Notes under the pieces: model-generated
Seen by the model: the letters and a program-made list of their open reading frames with translations, nothing else
The model's database searches: none
Told to the model about the DNA's origin: nothing
Part shown: positions 20,246-32,222 of the stretch, one piece after another
Numbering within the stretch: position 1 is the stretch's first letter
Layout of the letters: every line of letters begins with the position of its first letter
Assembly: GCA_963725665.1 (NCBI GenBank)
Contig: CAVRZA010000002.1
Location: forward strand, 224,001-288,000
From: an uncultured Actinomycetes bacterium
GTDB lineage: Bacteria; Actinomycetota; Thermoleophilia; UBA2241
Length of the DNA: 64,000 nt
Direction of reading: 5' to 3'
Made by a program: the position numbers and the translations under genes

Positions 20246-20873
20246 ATGAACGACAGGCGCGTCGGGCGCGGCCTGCGTGACGTGATCCTGGCCTCGCCGC
20301 TCTTCATCACCGCGCCTCTGGTGCGCCGGCGGCATCTGCGCTGGGGAGCCACCGACGACGAGGTCGCCGGCGCCATGCCCGGTGACGAGATCGTCCCCAA
20401 GCCCTCGTTCAGCGCGACTCGGGCGCTCTCCATCGCGGCGCCGCCGGAGGCAGTCTGGCCCTGGCTCGTGCAAGTCGGATTCGGCCGCGCCGGCTTCTAC
20501 AGCTACGACATCTTCGACAACGCCGCCCGGCCGAGCGCCGACCGCATCTTGCCCGAGTACCAGGATCCGCGGGTAGGCGACTGGGTGCCGATGGCGAGCA
20601 AGGTCAACGAGACGACGGCTTTCGAGATCAAGGCCTTCGGACCCAACTCGTGGCTCCTGTGGGAGAAACCGAACAGCACGTGGTCCTGGAAGACTGACTC
20701 CCCTGGCCAGCGGCGGTACGAGGCTCGTCACGCGGCTGAAGCAGTACAACGATTGGAGCTCGCCCGGGATGGCGGCCGTGACGGTGATCCTGTTCGAGTT
20801 CGGCGACTTCCCGATGATGCGCAGGATGCTCCTGGGCGTGAAGTCGCGGGCAGAACGTCACAGCGCGCGGTAG
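20246..20873 (+). CDS. SRPBCC-like conserved protein (frameshifted)
   Basis: RWGATDDEV...PGDE...VWPWLVQVGFGRAGFYSYD...MLLGVKSRAE. Confidence 0.75.
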
Positions 20874-20957
20874 GTGAGCGCGGAAAGTCGGGCTGCCGGT
20901 CTTGGGTGCATTTGCGGGCGATGGCTGTCGGCACGCCGAGAGGAGGAGGACGACGTC

Positions 20958-21367
20958 ATGTTGCGTGACTCACAGATGCTCTGCCTACGTGCGGGTATCG
21001 AACGTCGAGCGAGGACGGCAGTTCTACGAAGGCGTCTTACGGGCAGCAGCCGCGCGAGGTCGGCGGAGGCCGGCGTTTCCTGTACGAGTGCGCCCAACGA
21101 CTCGACCTTCTTCATGTACCTCGGCGAGGGAACCGGTCGCTCGCGCGCGAGTTGCGCCTTCTGGTCGGTCGACCGGATCATCGAGAAGGAAGTCGCCGAC
21201 TGGCGGAGCGCAGCGTCAGGTTCGAGCGCTACGACTTCCCCCGGCTCAACGTCGGACGACGACATTCGTCAGCAGCAGCAGGAGCGAAGGCCGCTTCGTT
21301 CAAGGACCCTGACGGTAGACATCCTTGCCCCATCCAGGTTCCGGCCCCACCGGCCGCCCGAGAGTGA
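20958..21367 (+). pseudogene. VOC family protein, heavily frameshifted
   Basis: Fragments NVERGRQFYEGVL, FERYDFPRL and ASFKDPDG in different frames; may be sequence error rather than decay. Confidence 0.6.
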
Positions 21368-21375
21368 GGACGCCC

Positions 21376-21738
21376 ATGCCTCCCACCCTGGCGCACGGCA
21401 AGGTGTGCTACATCGAGATCCCCGCCACCGATGCGCAGCGCTCGGCCGAGTTCTACGGTGAGGTCTTCGGCTGGAACATCCGGCGCCGCGGCGACGGGCA
21501 TCTGGCCTTCGACGACGGGGTCGGCGAGGTGAGCGGCACGTGGGTCGTGGGCAGGCCTCCGTCGGACCGGCCCGGCTTGCTCATCTACGTCATGGTCGAC
21601 AGCGTGGCTGAGGCCTGCGAGGCCGTGGTGGCGCACGGCGGCGAGATCGTGCAGCCGATCGGCGGCGACGCGCCCGAGATCACGGCCCGCTTCCGCGATC
21701 CCGCCGGCAACGTGATCGGCCTCTTCGAGGAACACTGA
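21376..21738 (+). CDS. VOC family protein
   Basis: GKVCYIEIPATD...SAEFYGEVFGW...FRDPAGNVIGL. Confidence 0.9.
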   Translation: MPPTLAHGKVCYIEIPATDAQRSAEFYGEVFGWNIRRRGDGHLAFDDGVGEVSGTWVVGRPPSDRPGLLIYVMVDSVAEACEAVVAHGGEIVQPIGGDAPEITARFRDPAGNVIGLFEEH

Positions 21739-21894
21739 CTCGCGTACCTCACCCGCAGCCTGCGCCTCGTACGAGGTCCGTAGCGAACGGCGATGGGTGA
21801 CGGCTCTCGCGGGAATACCTTCGGTATCGGACTGGGAACCTAGGAGGCCCCGCGTGTCCGCCGTTCGCGGCGCGATGCGGGGGTAGGAGGAGCG

Positions 21895-23307
21895 ATGAGT
21901 GGACTCACCATCGACGCAGCTGCACGAGCGCGTGCGCGGCGAGATCATCACGCCCGACGACGAGGCCTACGAGGAGGCGCGCACGGTCTACAACGCCATG
22001 ATCGACCGGCGGCCGCGGGTCATCGTGAGGGCGGTGGACGTCGGCGACGTCATGGCGGCAGTCGACTTCGCGCGAGGGAATGGTCTCGTTCTCGCCGTGC
22101 GGGGCGCCGGCCACAGCGTACCTGGCTTCGGCACCTGCGACGACGGCGTCGTCATCGACCTCGGTGGCATGAGCAACGTGCGCGTCGATCCCGCAGGGCA
22201 GACGGCGCGCGCTGGAGGCGGCGCGACCTGGGGCGACGTCAACCATGCGACCTATCCGTTCGGCCTCGCGACGACCGGCGGCTTCGTCTCGACGACCGGC
22301 ATCGGCAGGCTTCACGCTGGGCGGCGGAATCGGCTACCTGTCGCGGAGGGTCGGCCTCACGATCGACAATCTCATCTCGGCCGACGTCGTGACCGCCGAC
22401 GGGCGTGTGCTCGTGGCCAGCGAAAGGGAAAACGAGGACCTCTTCTGGGCGCTGCGCGGGGGCGGCGGCAACTTCGGCGTCGTCACTTCCTTCGAGTACA
22501 AGCTGCATCCCGTCAAGGACATCTACGGCGGCCCCATGTTCTTCGAGCTCGACCACGCCGGCGACCTCCTTCGCTTCTTCCGCGAGTTCGTCGATGAGGC
22601 GCCGGAGGAGCTGGGCATGTTCCCGGGCTTCCAGATCGCACCGCCGCTGCCGTTCATCCCGGAGGAACGCCACGGCGACACGTTTATCATCATGGTCGCC
22701 GCTTGGGCGGGACCGGTGGCAGAGGGCGAGCGCGCCTTGAGGCCCATCCGCGACGTCGCTCCCGTGGTGGCCGAGCTCGTGGGGCCCATGCCGTACCCGG
22801 CGCTCAACGGCGCGTTCGACGCGCTGGTCCCGCCCGGGCTGCAGCACTACTGGAAGGCGAGGTTCGTCAGGAGCTTACACGACGAGGCGATCGCCGCGCA
22901 TCTGGAGCACGGGCCGAAGATCCCCACCGTGAACTCGGCGTTGCACATCTACCCCATCAACGGCGCCGTGCCAGCGCGTGGCTCGGACGCGACGGCCTTC
23001 GCCTACCGCGACGCCAACTTCGCCACCGTCATCGGCGGCATGTGGCCCGACCCGGCCGACAACGAGGCCAACATCAAGTGGGTGCGCGACTACTACGCGG
23101 CCACCGCGCCGCACTCGCAGGAGGGCGGCTACGTCAACTTCCTCGTCGGGCGACGACCAGAGCAAGATCCGTGCCAACTACCGCGGCAACTACGACCGTC
23201 TGGTCGATCTGAAGAAGAAGTACGACCCCGACAACCTCTTCCACCTAAACCAGAACATCAGTCCGACCGGCACCGTGCGTGGGGGGGCCGGAGGCGTGGC
23301 TGCCTAG
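21895..23307 (+). CDS. FAD-binding oxidoreductase with BBE domain (frameshifted)
   Basis: VRGAGHS, GFTLGGGIG, LFWALRGGGGNFGVVT, KKKYDPDNLF. Confidence 0.88.
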
Positions 23308-23330
23308 GGCGAGATCCTTCGGTCGCCTAG

Positions 23331-23437
23331 AGGGGCCGGGGCGAGGCGGCTGTGCCGCCTCGCCCCGGCCCTCGCCGCTTGCGCGGCGAGACGCGTCGGG
23401 CGCGGGCGGCGGCCTTTGGCCGCCGCCCCCGCCCGAC
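23331..23437. terminator. tandem GC-rich hairpins between convergent genes
   Basis: GGGCCGGGGCGAGGCGGC/GCCGCCTCGCCCCGGCCC and GTCGGGCG...GCGGCGGCC/GGCCGCCGC...CGCCCGAC. Confidence 0.55.
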
Positions 23438-23451
23438 TGACTACCCACGTG

Positions 23452-23870
23452 CTAGGCGGCCTTTCTCAAGGCCTCCAGGCTGGGTGAGACGCACAAGATG
23501 TTGCCTCCCGGATCCTTGAACCAGGCTGCCTTGAAGGCGCCTTGCGTGGCGATCCCATCTACGGTCTTGATGCCGGGGAGATCGTACGTCCTCCAGCTTG
23601 ACGCCCTTCGAGCGCAAGTGACTGATCTGCGCTGTCGACGTCGTCGGTCAGCAAGCTCGCCGCCGTGTGATCGGACGTACTGGCGTGGTCGCTGCTGTGC
23701 AGGCCCAACTTGGTTCCGTGGCCGGCGTGGATGACGGCGTTGCCGGGCATTTCGGGGATCTCCTCTACCCTGAGCCCCAACGTGTCCCGGTAGAAGGCCA
23801 GAGCAACTGTCGTAATCCGTGCAGAACAGGTCGGGTGAGACTCGCTGCGCGAGAAGATGCTTTCAGCCAT
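23452..23870 (-). CDS. VOC family protein (frameshifted)
   Basis: ALAFYRDTLGL...HTAAS...YDLPGIKTVDGIA...KAAWFKDPGGNIL. Confidence 0.75.
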
Positions 23871-23959
23871 GTAGTTCACCCCCTTTCATTCGTCACGCAT
23901 TTCCACTTTCTGCGCAGCGATAACAGTTCGAGCAGCGACGGTCGCCCGCTCCACCTCCC

Positions 23960-25569
23960 CTAACAGGTTCCCAGCACCTCGTCGCAGGGCTCTTCGCGGT
24001 CTTCATACACCGCCGAGGAGAGAGCGAAGCGACCCGGCGTCCGGGTGGTGATCAGCGCGACGACGAAGCCGGACAGGACGACTCCGGCGGCCACGAGCAG
24101 GCCGGTCGAGAACCCCACGGTCAAGGCGTGGTCCAGGACGGCCGTCGGCACGCCGGGGACGGCGCTCGACGCGCTCCCCGCGGCGCTACTGGCGGCCGTC
24201 CCGCCCGCTGCCGCGGCCGCCGCCATCTGGTGGGTGACGCTGTGCGCGACCGAGGTCCAGGCCATGGTGCCGATGGCCGCCAGGCCGATGGCTCCTCCTA
24301 TCTGCTGGCCGGTGTTCAGCATGCCGGAGGCGACGCCGGTCTCCTGGGAGCGACGTGCGAGACGACCATGAGCGTCAGCGGCACGAACATGAGCCCGAGG
24401 CCGCCGCTGACCATCAGCATGGGCAGCAGCAGGCTGGTGAGGTAGCTGCCGTCGACGCTGAGCCGCGACAGCCAGATGTATCCCGCCGCGGCGAGCAGGG
24501 GGCCGACCATGAGCATCGGGCGCACGCCGACGCGCGTCACGAGCACACGGGCGACGAGCGTGCTGACGATGATGATCGTGATGGGGAACGGCAGCCACGC
24601 TATGCCGGCCTTGACCGGGCTGTAGCCCCACACCGTCTGGATGTAGATGGTCAGGAAGAAGAACACGGCGAACAGGGCCGTGGCGATCAGCAGCATCATG
24701 ACGTAGGCGCCCGAGCGGCGGCGCGAGCGGAGCAGGTGCAGCGGCAGCTCGGCGTGCGAGCTGCGCCGCTCGATGACGAAGAAGCTCACGAGCAGCACGG
24801 CGGCGGCCACCAGCGAGGCGATGGTGACCGGGCTGCCCCAGTGCGAGACGCCGTCGCGGCCGGCGGCGGCGTGGGTCAGGCCGTACACGAGCAACGCCAG
24901 CCCGGCCGTGCTCGTCACGACGCCGGGAATGTCGAGGCGGCTGCGGAGCCGCAGCGAGGGAACCAGGGCGATCGGCGCCAGCGCGACGACGGTCAAGCCG
25001 ATGGGGACGTTCACGAAGAACACCCAGCGCCACGAGACGTAGGACGTGAGGATCCCCCCGAGGAGCAGCCCGATGGCGCCGCCGGCGCCGCTCATGGCGG
25101 CATAGACGCCGAGCGCCCTGTTGCGGGGTGGTCCCATGGGGAAGGTGGTGGCGATCAGCGCGAGGGCGGTCGGCGCGGCGAGAGCGGCGCCGGCGCCCTG
25201 CACGGCGCGCGCCGCGAGCAGCCACCACTGACTGGTCGCGAACCCGCCGACGAGCGAGGCGAGCGAGAAGACGAGCACGCCGGCGATGAAGATCCTGCGG
25301 CGGCCGTACATGTCTCCGAGCCGGCCGCCGAGCAGCAGCAGGCTGCCGAAGGCCAGCGAGTAGGCGGTGACGATCCATTCGAGGCCGGCGCCGCTGAAGC
25401 CGAGCGCGCGCTGCATGTGCGGCAGGGCGACGTTCACGATGGTGGCGTCGAGGACGATCATGAGCTGGGCCGCCGCGATCACGACGAGCGCCAGGCCGAG
25501 GTGGCGCGGCACGCGCGGTGCGGGCGGTGATTCCGCTTCCGGATCGACTGTGAGGGGTTCTGCAGCCAT
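23960..25569 (-). CDS. DHA2 family MFS transporter (frameshift near 3' end)
   Basis: LDATIVNVALP, GGRLGDMYGRRR, WRWVFFVNVPIG. Confidence 0.9.
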
Positions 25570-25699
25570 GGCTACTCCAGTTGCGAGGCCGCTGCCCGAG
25601 CAGTCGGAGGCCGGCGGCGGCCGTTTGCACGATTTCTCCGGTGGTACCTCGAGCGGGCGCAGACCAAAACCCTATGAAGCTAGTGTTTAGGCGCGGGCG

Positions 25700-26245
25700 T
25701 CAGATGGTTCGCGAGCTGAGCTCCACGAGCGTCGTCACCGTGCGCCAGTTGCGGGTGGTGGCCGCGGTGCGCAGGGCGCGCTCGAAGTAGGCGTTGCTGA
25801 GCTTCGAGCGTCCGTAGCCGTGCGGCACGTGGAGATAGGCCACCTGCTCGCCCAGCGCGGCCTGCTCGCCCTCTTGCGCGGGCAGCGCGAGCGCGGCGAA
25901 GCCGGACTCCGTCACGGGCTCGAAGAGGAACGTCGCGTGGAGGAATCTCGGGTCCGCGCCGGCAGCGAGGAACGGGTTCGCGCGCGCGATGCGCGCCAGC
26001 TGCGCCGCGCTGAGGACGAGCACCTTCACGTCGAGATCGAACGCGCGCGCGATCGCGCCCTGGATCGCCGCGGCGTGCAGCGCGGGATCGTCGTCGGCGG
26101 CGTCGAACACGACGTTGCCGCTCTGCACGTAGGTCTGGACGCCCGTCAGTCCGAGGCCCTCCAGGCTGCCGCGCAGCTCGGCCATGGCGACCTTCACTCC
26201 GCCCACGTTCACGGCCCTCAGGAGCGCGACGAACGTGCTCATCAC
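25700..26245 (-). CDS. DUF1697 family protein
   Basis: ALLRAVNVGG...TYVQSGNVVF...TTRNWRTV. Confidence 0.9.
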   Translation of the reverse strand: MMSTFVALLRAVNVGGVKVAMAELRGSLEGLGLTGVQTYVQSGNVVFDAADDDPALHAAAIQGAIARAFDLDVKVLVLSAAQLARIARANPFLAAGADPRFLHATFLFEPVTESGFAALALPAQEGEQAALGEQVAYLHVPHGYGRSKLSNAYFERALRTAATTRNWRTVTTLVELSSRTI

Positions 26246-26341
26246 AGCGCTCCTGGAGTCTGGTCCTCACCGTGCGAAGGACCTCCAGCAGGCGTGTGGG
26301 CGCTGGTCATCTCTTCTCCTCGCGTCACCCACATGGTCAGG

Positions 26342-26848
26342 TCACAGCTCCTTCAAGTCATCGGCGAACATGCGGGCAGGGCTCTCCCACAGGTGGCGAC
26401 CCTTCCGCAGGATGGCGACGCTCTTACGGATCCGGGCTGCGCGCGTCGCCGGCCGTTTGGCTTCGTCCAGGTAGAACACGAACTCCTTCTGATGCGAGGG
26501 GGGTAGTCCTGCGAACGTCTCGGACGCGGCAGCATCGCCTTGGATTGCTTCCAGCAAGTCGGTAGGGATCTCGATGTCGAGGATCGGCTCGTCGAGGACC
26601 TCGGCCTGGAGCTCGATCGCGACTGGACCATCGATGCCGAGAAAGGCCCGCATCTGACGGTTAACGGTGACCACGTGCGTGCCGTTCTTCCAGGGATTCG
26701 CGGTGGCAGCGAACGGTTTGCCGTTCAGTGTCCCCCGCAGCCAGACCCTCCTTCTGACGTCGCCGAGGAGCTCATCGGGGACGTGGAGAAAGAGCCATCC
26801 CTGACGCGGAACATCTAGCCTCGTGCGGAGAGAGAAGCGAGTGGTCAT
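26342..26848 (-). CDS. DUF1905 / YdeI-OmpD-associated protein
   Basis: From MTTRFSL; IPTDLLEAI...FAGLPPSHQKEF...EAKRPATRAARI. Confidence 0.85.
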   Translation of the reverse strand: MTTRFSLRTRLDVPRQGWLFLHVPDELLGDVRRRVWLRGTLNGKPFAATANPWKNGTHVVTVNRQMRAFLGIDGPVAIELQAEVLDEPILDIEIPTDLLEAIQGDAAASETFAGLPPSHQKEFVFYLDEAKRPATRAARIRKSVAILRKGRHLWESPARMFADDLKEL

Positions 26849-27099
26849 GGCCTCGGTCCGTCGTCGCGGTCCAGATCTACTCGCCGTTGACGGCTTCTTG
26901 CCGCCGTGTGACGCTCGCTCTATTCCCTTAGCGGCGGCGTTTGCGAGCCTCTCCGTTCGTGCGGCGACGGGGGGACCGCTGACGTCGGCTAGTGGCTGAC
27001 GTCCGCACCGACCTTCGGGGGCGCATCGACAATGGGGGCGGGGAGCGCCTTCCGGCGCTCCCCGCCCCCGCGGGTGTTCCTTTTCGTGGGCGGATGCCG

Positions 27100-30000
27100 T
27101 TAGTCGGTCTTGGGCGTCTCGTCGCCGGCTTGCTGTCTCCGTGGCCGCATCCGCGACCTCGCCGGTCGCGGCGTCGGCGGCCACGGTCTCACCCGTCTCG
27201 CGGATCGTGCCCGTGCCACCGTCGCGGACGAGCCGCCGTTGCCGCCACCTGTCTTCGCTGTGGCGCTCGCATCCCCGGATGCGCCGGTCGTGCCGGGGGC
27301 GCTCGCGCTCGTCCGGCGCGCCGGCCTGCGCCGGCGCGTCCGCGTCGTCGGGTCCGGCGGACGCCGCGCTTGGCGCACCGCCGCCGTTCCCGTTCCGGGC
27401 CGCCTCGCTCTTGAGGTAGTCGATCATCGGGTCGGTCACCAGCGGCACGACGTCCGGGATCATCTGCGGCATCAGGTTGTCCATGACCTTGGGCATCAGG
27501 TCGGGCATCTGCTCCTCCATGTAGTCGGGCATCGGCACGCGCTCGGCGACCCGCTCGAGCATCGTCGGCATGACCTTGGGCATCATCATCGGCAGCAGCC
27601 GCGGGAAGAGGATCGGGAACATCGGCTTCATCGCCTCGAGCGCGCCCGGGCACCTTGCCCATCACGCGCATCATCGGCCCCATCCCGAACGGCATGGCGT
27701 CGATCAGCTCCGGCCACATCGTGCCCATCAGGTCGGCGAAGCCCTGCGGCGTCATCAGGGCGATCATCGCCTCGAACACCGCCCACTGCGCTCGCACCTC
27801 GGGGTTGGGGTCGGGCAGCTCGTAGCCCAGCGCCGTCGGCGCGAAGTGGGCCAGGTCCTCGACTCGACGATGTCCTTGCCTTCGTCTGCGCGCTCACGCG
27901 CAGCTGGAACTGGCAGCACGGGCAGAGCGCGAGCACTTCTCGGCGCCGACCTCCACGGCCTCCTCCAGCCGCATCGTCGCCGATCTCGTGCGCCACCGGC
28001 GGCTCCTTGATGCAGCGTGAGCACGCTGCCGCAGCAGAGCGCCTTCTCGCGGTTGTGCTCCATCTCGACGAACTCGACGCCGGGGATCGCCTTGATCAGC
28101 TCGCGCGGCGGCTCGTAGACGCCGCAGGCGCGGCCGATGTGGCAGGAGTCGTGCCAGGTGACCTTCTGCTCTTGGCGCCCGTCTTCGCCGGGGAACGTGA
28201 ACTCGCCCGCCTCGATCTTCTCGGCCAGGACCTCGCTGTAGTGCTTCGCCGTGATGCCGTACTCGATGCCGAGCTTCTTCGCCCACTCCGGGTAGACCTT
28301 GCGCCACATCATGTCGCAGGCCGGGCAGGAGGTGATCACCGTGTCCGCGCCGGCGTCCTTGACGTCCGCGATGTTCTTCGCTCATCGTCTCGCTCGAAGC
28401 GCTCCCACTTGCCGGCGACGAGCATCGGAGTGCGCGCAGCAGTTCTCCTTCTCGCCGAGGTAGGTGAAGTCGACGCCGGCCGCGTCGAGCAGCCGCACCG
28501 CGCCGATGCCGATGTCCTGCTCGACGTAGCTGAGGCGGTGCAGCCGGCGAAGTAGACGATCTCGGCCTTGTGCTCGGGGCCGTGCTTCTCGAGCAGGTCC
28601 TCGGGGAACCAGTCCGCGCGGTCCTTGCGGTAGCCGGCCCAGATGTTGCCCTCGGCGCGGAGCGCCGCGCCCATCATCTCGAAGGGCGGGAAGGTCATCC
28701 GCTTCTCGTCCGTGGATCAGCTTGCCGCGCAGCTTCATCCAGCGACGGCTCGATGGGCAGGGCCGCCGAGCAGCGGACGTTGCACAGCTCGCAGGTGGTG
28801 CAGGCGAGGAAGCGTGTCGACCATCTTCTGGTTCCACTTCTCGCGGCCTTCCATGTACTCGCGCAGCCAGTACCACTTGCCGCGCGGGCTCTGGCTCTCC
28901 CAGCCGCGGCCGTAGAACTGGTCGCACTCGTCGACGCAGTAGCCGCACTGCGAGCAGGCGTAGGCGTACCAGGCCACGTCGGCCGGGATGCCCTCGCACG
29001 GGCTCCGTCGGGCGCTCGCCGACCTGGGTGATGACGCGGTTGCCGAAGGGGCGGATCAGCGGCTCGAACGCGCTGGCCAGCGCCAGAGCGCCGTGCCCAG
29101 CAGGCCGCTGCCGAGCACCTTGCCCGGGTTCATGATGCCCTTGGGGTCGACCTGCTCCTTGAAGGCGCGCGATGCGCTCGACGCGCTCCGGCGCCCAGGA
29201 CCTCGGTCGGCCTTGCTCGTGAAGTAGAGGCCGGTGGCGTAGGCGCGGCCGCCGTTCTTCTCGGCGATCTTGATGACGGTGAGCGCCAGGCCGAAGACGA
29301 AGTTGTAGCTGAACTTGCGCTGGTCGGCGGGGATGAAGCCGAGGATGACGGCCTCCGGCTCGCCGCTCGCGGCCCTTGCGCGATGACGACGCCCTCCTTG
29401 ACGACCGGCTGATCGATCTTGCGCTCGATCTCGCTCCAGCACGTCGCCCAGGCTTGGCCAGCGGGACGACGACCTCGGTCGGCACCAGCGACGGGCCGAG
29501 CCGCTTGACGAGCATCAGCTTGAAGCGGTGCTCCCACTCGTGCTCGGCGATGCGCTCGCTCGAGGATCTCGCGCCTCGCAGGGCTTGACGAGCAGCTCGA
29601 GCTGTGGCCTCGATCCGCGCACGGTCGGCCTTGCGCGAAGGCGAGCGTGACGATGTAGGCGGCCGGGAGCAGGACGCGCTCCTCGACCGGGTGGCCGTGG
29701 TGCTCCATGAGCGGCGCGCGGTTCTTCAGCTCGGCCATGCGCGGGTTGATGAAGGTGACCGACCAGATGGGCAGCTCGGTCGGCGACGATGCGCTTGCAG
29801 CAGCTCGCTGCAGGTCGTGCGGCGTCGGAGCAGGCGACGGCCATGACGTCCGCATCCGTCCAGCGGCCTGCACCTTGCAGCGTGACCTGGCTGATGAGGC
29901 CGGTGATGCCCTCGGCGTCGGTGATCAGGTCGCAGATCGTCGCCGCGAGACGTCGCGCACCTCGCCGCTGGGCAGCACGACGCGCGCCGCGAGCACGTTC

Positions 30001-30513
30001 TCGCGATGAACCAGCCGTACTCGTAGGAGCCGATGCCCGCGCCGCCCTGGGCCAGCCAGCCGCCGACCGTGGAGCCCGGGTAGCTGGTGGGGTAGAGGCG
30101 CAGGGTCAGCCCCTGCTTCTTGAGCTCGCGGTCGAGCTGTCTCCCAGACGATGCCCGGCTGGACGGTGACGGTCTGGCGTCGGCGTCGACGGCGAGGACC
30201 TTCTTCATGCGGTAGAAGTCGACGACGACGCCGTTCTTGACGGGGATGACGCCGCCGTAGCCGGACGAGGCCTTGCCGCGCGGCGTCAGGGGAATGCGGT
30301 GCTCGTTCGCCCAGCGCGACCAGCTCGACGAGCTCGCTCCTCGCTCGCGGCTGGACGACGGCGTCGGGCGTCGTGTCGCCGCACCAGCGGCTTGATCAGG
30401 CTGGGCATCGCGGCGATGTCGTGGCCGTAGAGCTTGCGCTCGAGGCGCTCGAAGGTGACGCGCTCGCCGAAGAGCGCCTCGAGGTCTTGCTTTTGCGACG
30501 TCGAAAGGCTCAT
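27100..30513 (-). CDS. FAD-binding (GlcD-like) + [4Fe-4S]/CCG (HdrD/GlpC-like) fusion oxidoreductase, heavily frameshifted
   Basis: TPRGKASSGYGG, STVGGWLAQGGAG, DPKGIMNPGK, CSQCGYCVDEC, YFAGC, ITSCPAC, TWHDSCHIGR, LCCGS, CPCCQFQL; Met/Pro-rich C-terminus. Confidence 0.82.
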
Positions 30514-30525
30514 GGCTCGCTTTCC

Positions 30526-30912
30526 TTAGGAGTTGGCGGGGGAGGAGACGGGAGCGGATGGCGCGGCGAAGGCCTGCGCCAGCTGGGCCTGCTGCTCCAG
30601 CGCGCCCATGAGGACGCCGCGCAACAGGTCGAGGGCGTCGATCACGCGGTGGTCGCTGAGCGAGTAGCGCACGGACGAGCCGGAGCGCTCGGCGATCACC
30701 AGCGACTGGTCGCGCAGCACCTTGAGATGGCGGGACACGGTCGACTGCGGTGTGTCGAGGAACTCGGCGAGCTCGCTCACGTAGTGAGGTTCGTCGGCCA
30801 AGGCGTAGAGGATGAGGATACGCTTGGGGTCGGCGAGCGCTTGGCAGACGTGGGCGTGCAGCAGGTTGACTTCGGCTTCGAGGCGGGCGTCCAGCTTCGG
30901 GTGGTCCTCCAA
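30526..30912 (-). CDS. ArsR/SmtB family regulator
   Basis: CQALADPKRILIL...VSELA...QSTVSRHLKVLR. TTG start after AGGAAAGGAG. Confidence 0.9.
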   Translation of the reverse strand: MEDHPKLDARLEAEVNLLHAHVCQALADPKRILILYALADEPHYVSELAEFLDTPQSTVSRHLKVLRDQSLVIAERSGSSVRYSLSDHRVIDALDLLRGVLMGALEQQAQLAQAFAAPSAPVSSPANS

Positions 30913-30990
30913 GGGGCGGCTCCTTTCCTCTAGCAGGCCGTCGCCGACGGCGTGCACATGCTGTCGTTCTGCCCGCATTTCGCGGAAGAA

Positions 30991-31012
30991 CATATGCGGA
31001 TAAGCGAATATG
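30991..31012. promoter_or_regulatory. putative ArsR operator
   Basis: Imperfect palindrome CATATGCG-GATAAG-CGAATATG upstream of the ArsR operon. Confidence 0.55.
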
Positions 31013-31173
31013 TGCACTGTAGCACAAGCGGCCTCGCTGTCAACGGCCCGAGTCCGCCGCCGCCGGTCGCCGACGGCCGACTATACTGTTCGTGCCCTGG
31101 GGTACAAAAAGGATGGCGCCTCGGACGCCCGGGCGCCGGCGGTCTCGAGAAGATGGACAAGGAAGGAGGGTCG

Positions 31174-32192
31174 ATGGCACTGCCAATGCGCAAGCTCGGC
31201 CGGGACGGGCCGCAGATCACGACCCTTGGCATGGGCACGTGGGCGCTCGGCGGAGGCGGCTGGGCGTTCGGCTGGGGCCCGCAGGACGACGCCCAGTCGG
31301 TCGCGGCCGTCAGACACGCGGTGGAGCGGGGTGTGAACTGGGTCGACACGGCGGCCGTGTACGGGCACGGGCACTCCGAGGAAGTCGTCGGCAGGGCAGT
31401 GCGCGCGCTGCCCGAGGCGGAGCGTCCCTACGTCTTCACGAAGTGCGGCCCGGCGTGGGATGAGAGCGACCCCATGAAGGACGCCCCCTCGGATCTCAGC
31501 CCGGACGTCCATCCGCCGCGCGTGTGAGGCGTCTCTGCGCCGTCTCGGCCTGGACCACATCGACCTCTACCAGTTCCACTGGCCCGACGAGAGCGGCGTG
31601 CCGGTCGAGGAGTCGTGGGCCACGATGGCGGCACTGGCCGACGAGGGCAAGGTGCGCTGGTGCGGGGTCTCCAACTTCTCGACCGAGCTGCTCGACCGCT
31701 GCGAGGCGGTCAGGCACGTCGACTCCCTGCAGCCGCCGTTCTCGCTCATCGAGCGCGAGGCGGCGAGCCGCGAGCTGCCGTGGTGCCGCCAGCACGACAC
31801 GGGGGTGATCGTCTACAGCCCGATGCAGTCGGGTCTGCTCACGAGCTCGTTCTCCAAGGAGCGCGTCGCGGCGCTGGCCCGACGACGACTGGCGCAAGCG
31901 TGACGACGATTTCCGCGAGCCTGCTCTGTCGCGCAATCTGACGCTGCGCGACCTGCTGCGATCGATCGCCGAGCGTCTCGGCGCGACGGTCGAGGCGGTG
32001 GCGGTGCGCTGGGTCCTCGAGTGGGAGGGCGTGACCGGTGCCATCGTCGGCGCCCGCTCGCCGGAGCAGGTCGACGGCTGGATCGGCGCCGCGAGCCTCG
32101 ACCTGAGCGACAAGGACCTCGACGACATCGCCACGGCGGTCATCGCCTCGCAGGCCGGCAGGGGGCGCGAGCGCCCGCGGCTGGGGCACTAG
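31174..32192 (+). CDS. aldo/keto reductase (frameshifted)
   Basis: GMGTWALGG, NWVDTAAVYGHGHSEE, GVSNF, YSPMQSGLL, AIVGARSPEQ. Confidence 0.88.
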
Positions 32193-32222
32193 GCTCGGGA
32201 GCCAGGGGCGCGAGGAGGTGCC

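Noticed and set aside
26342-27631. 429-aa ORF suggesting a fusion of the oxidoreductase tail with YdeI
   Set aside because: It is produced by a frameshift reading through a terminator-like hairpin (about 27033-27069); YdeI has its own RBS and ATG at 26848.
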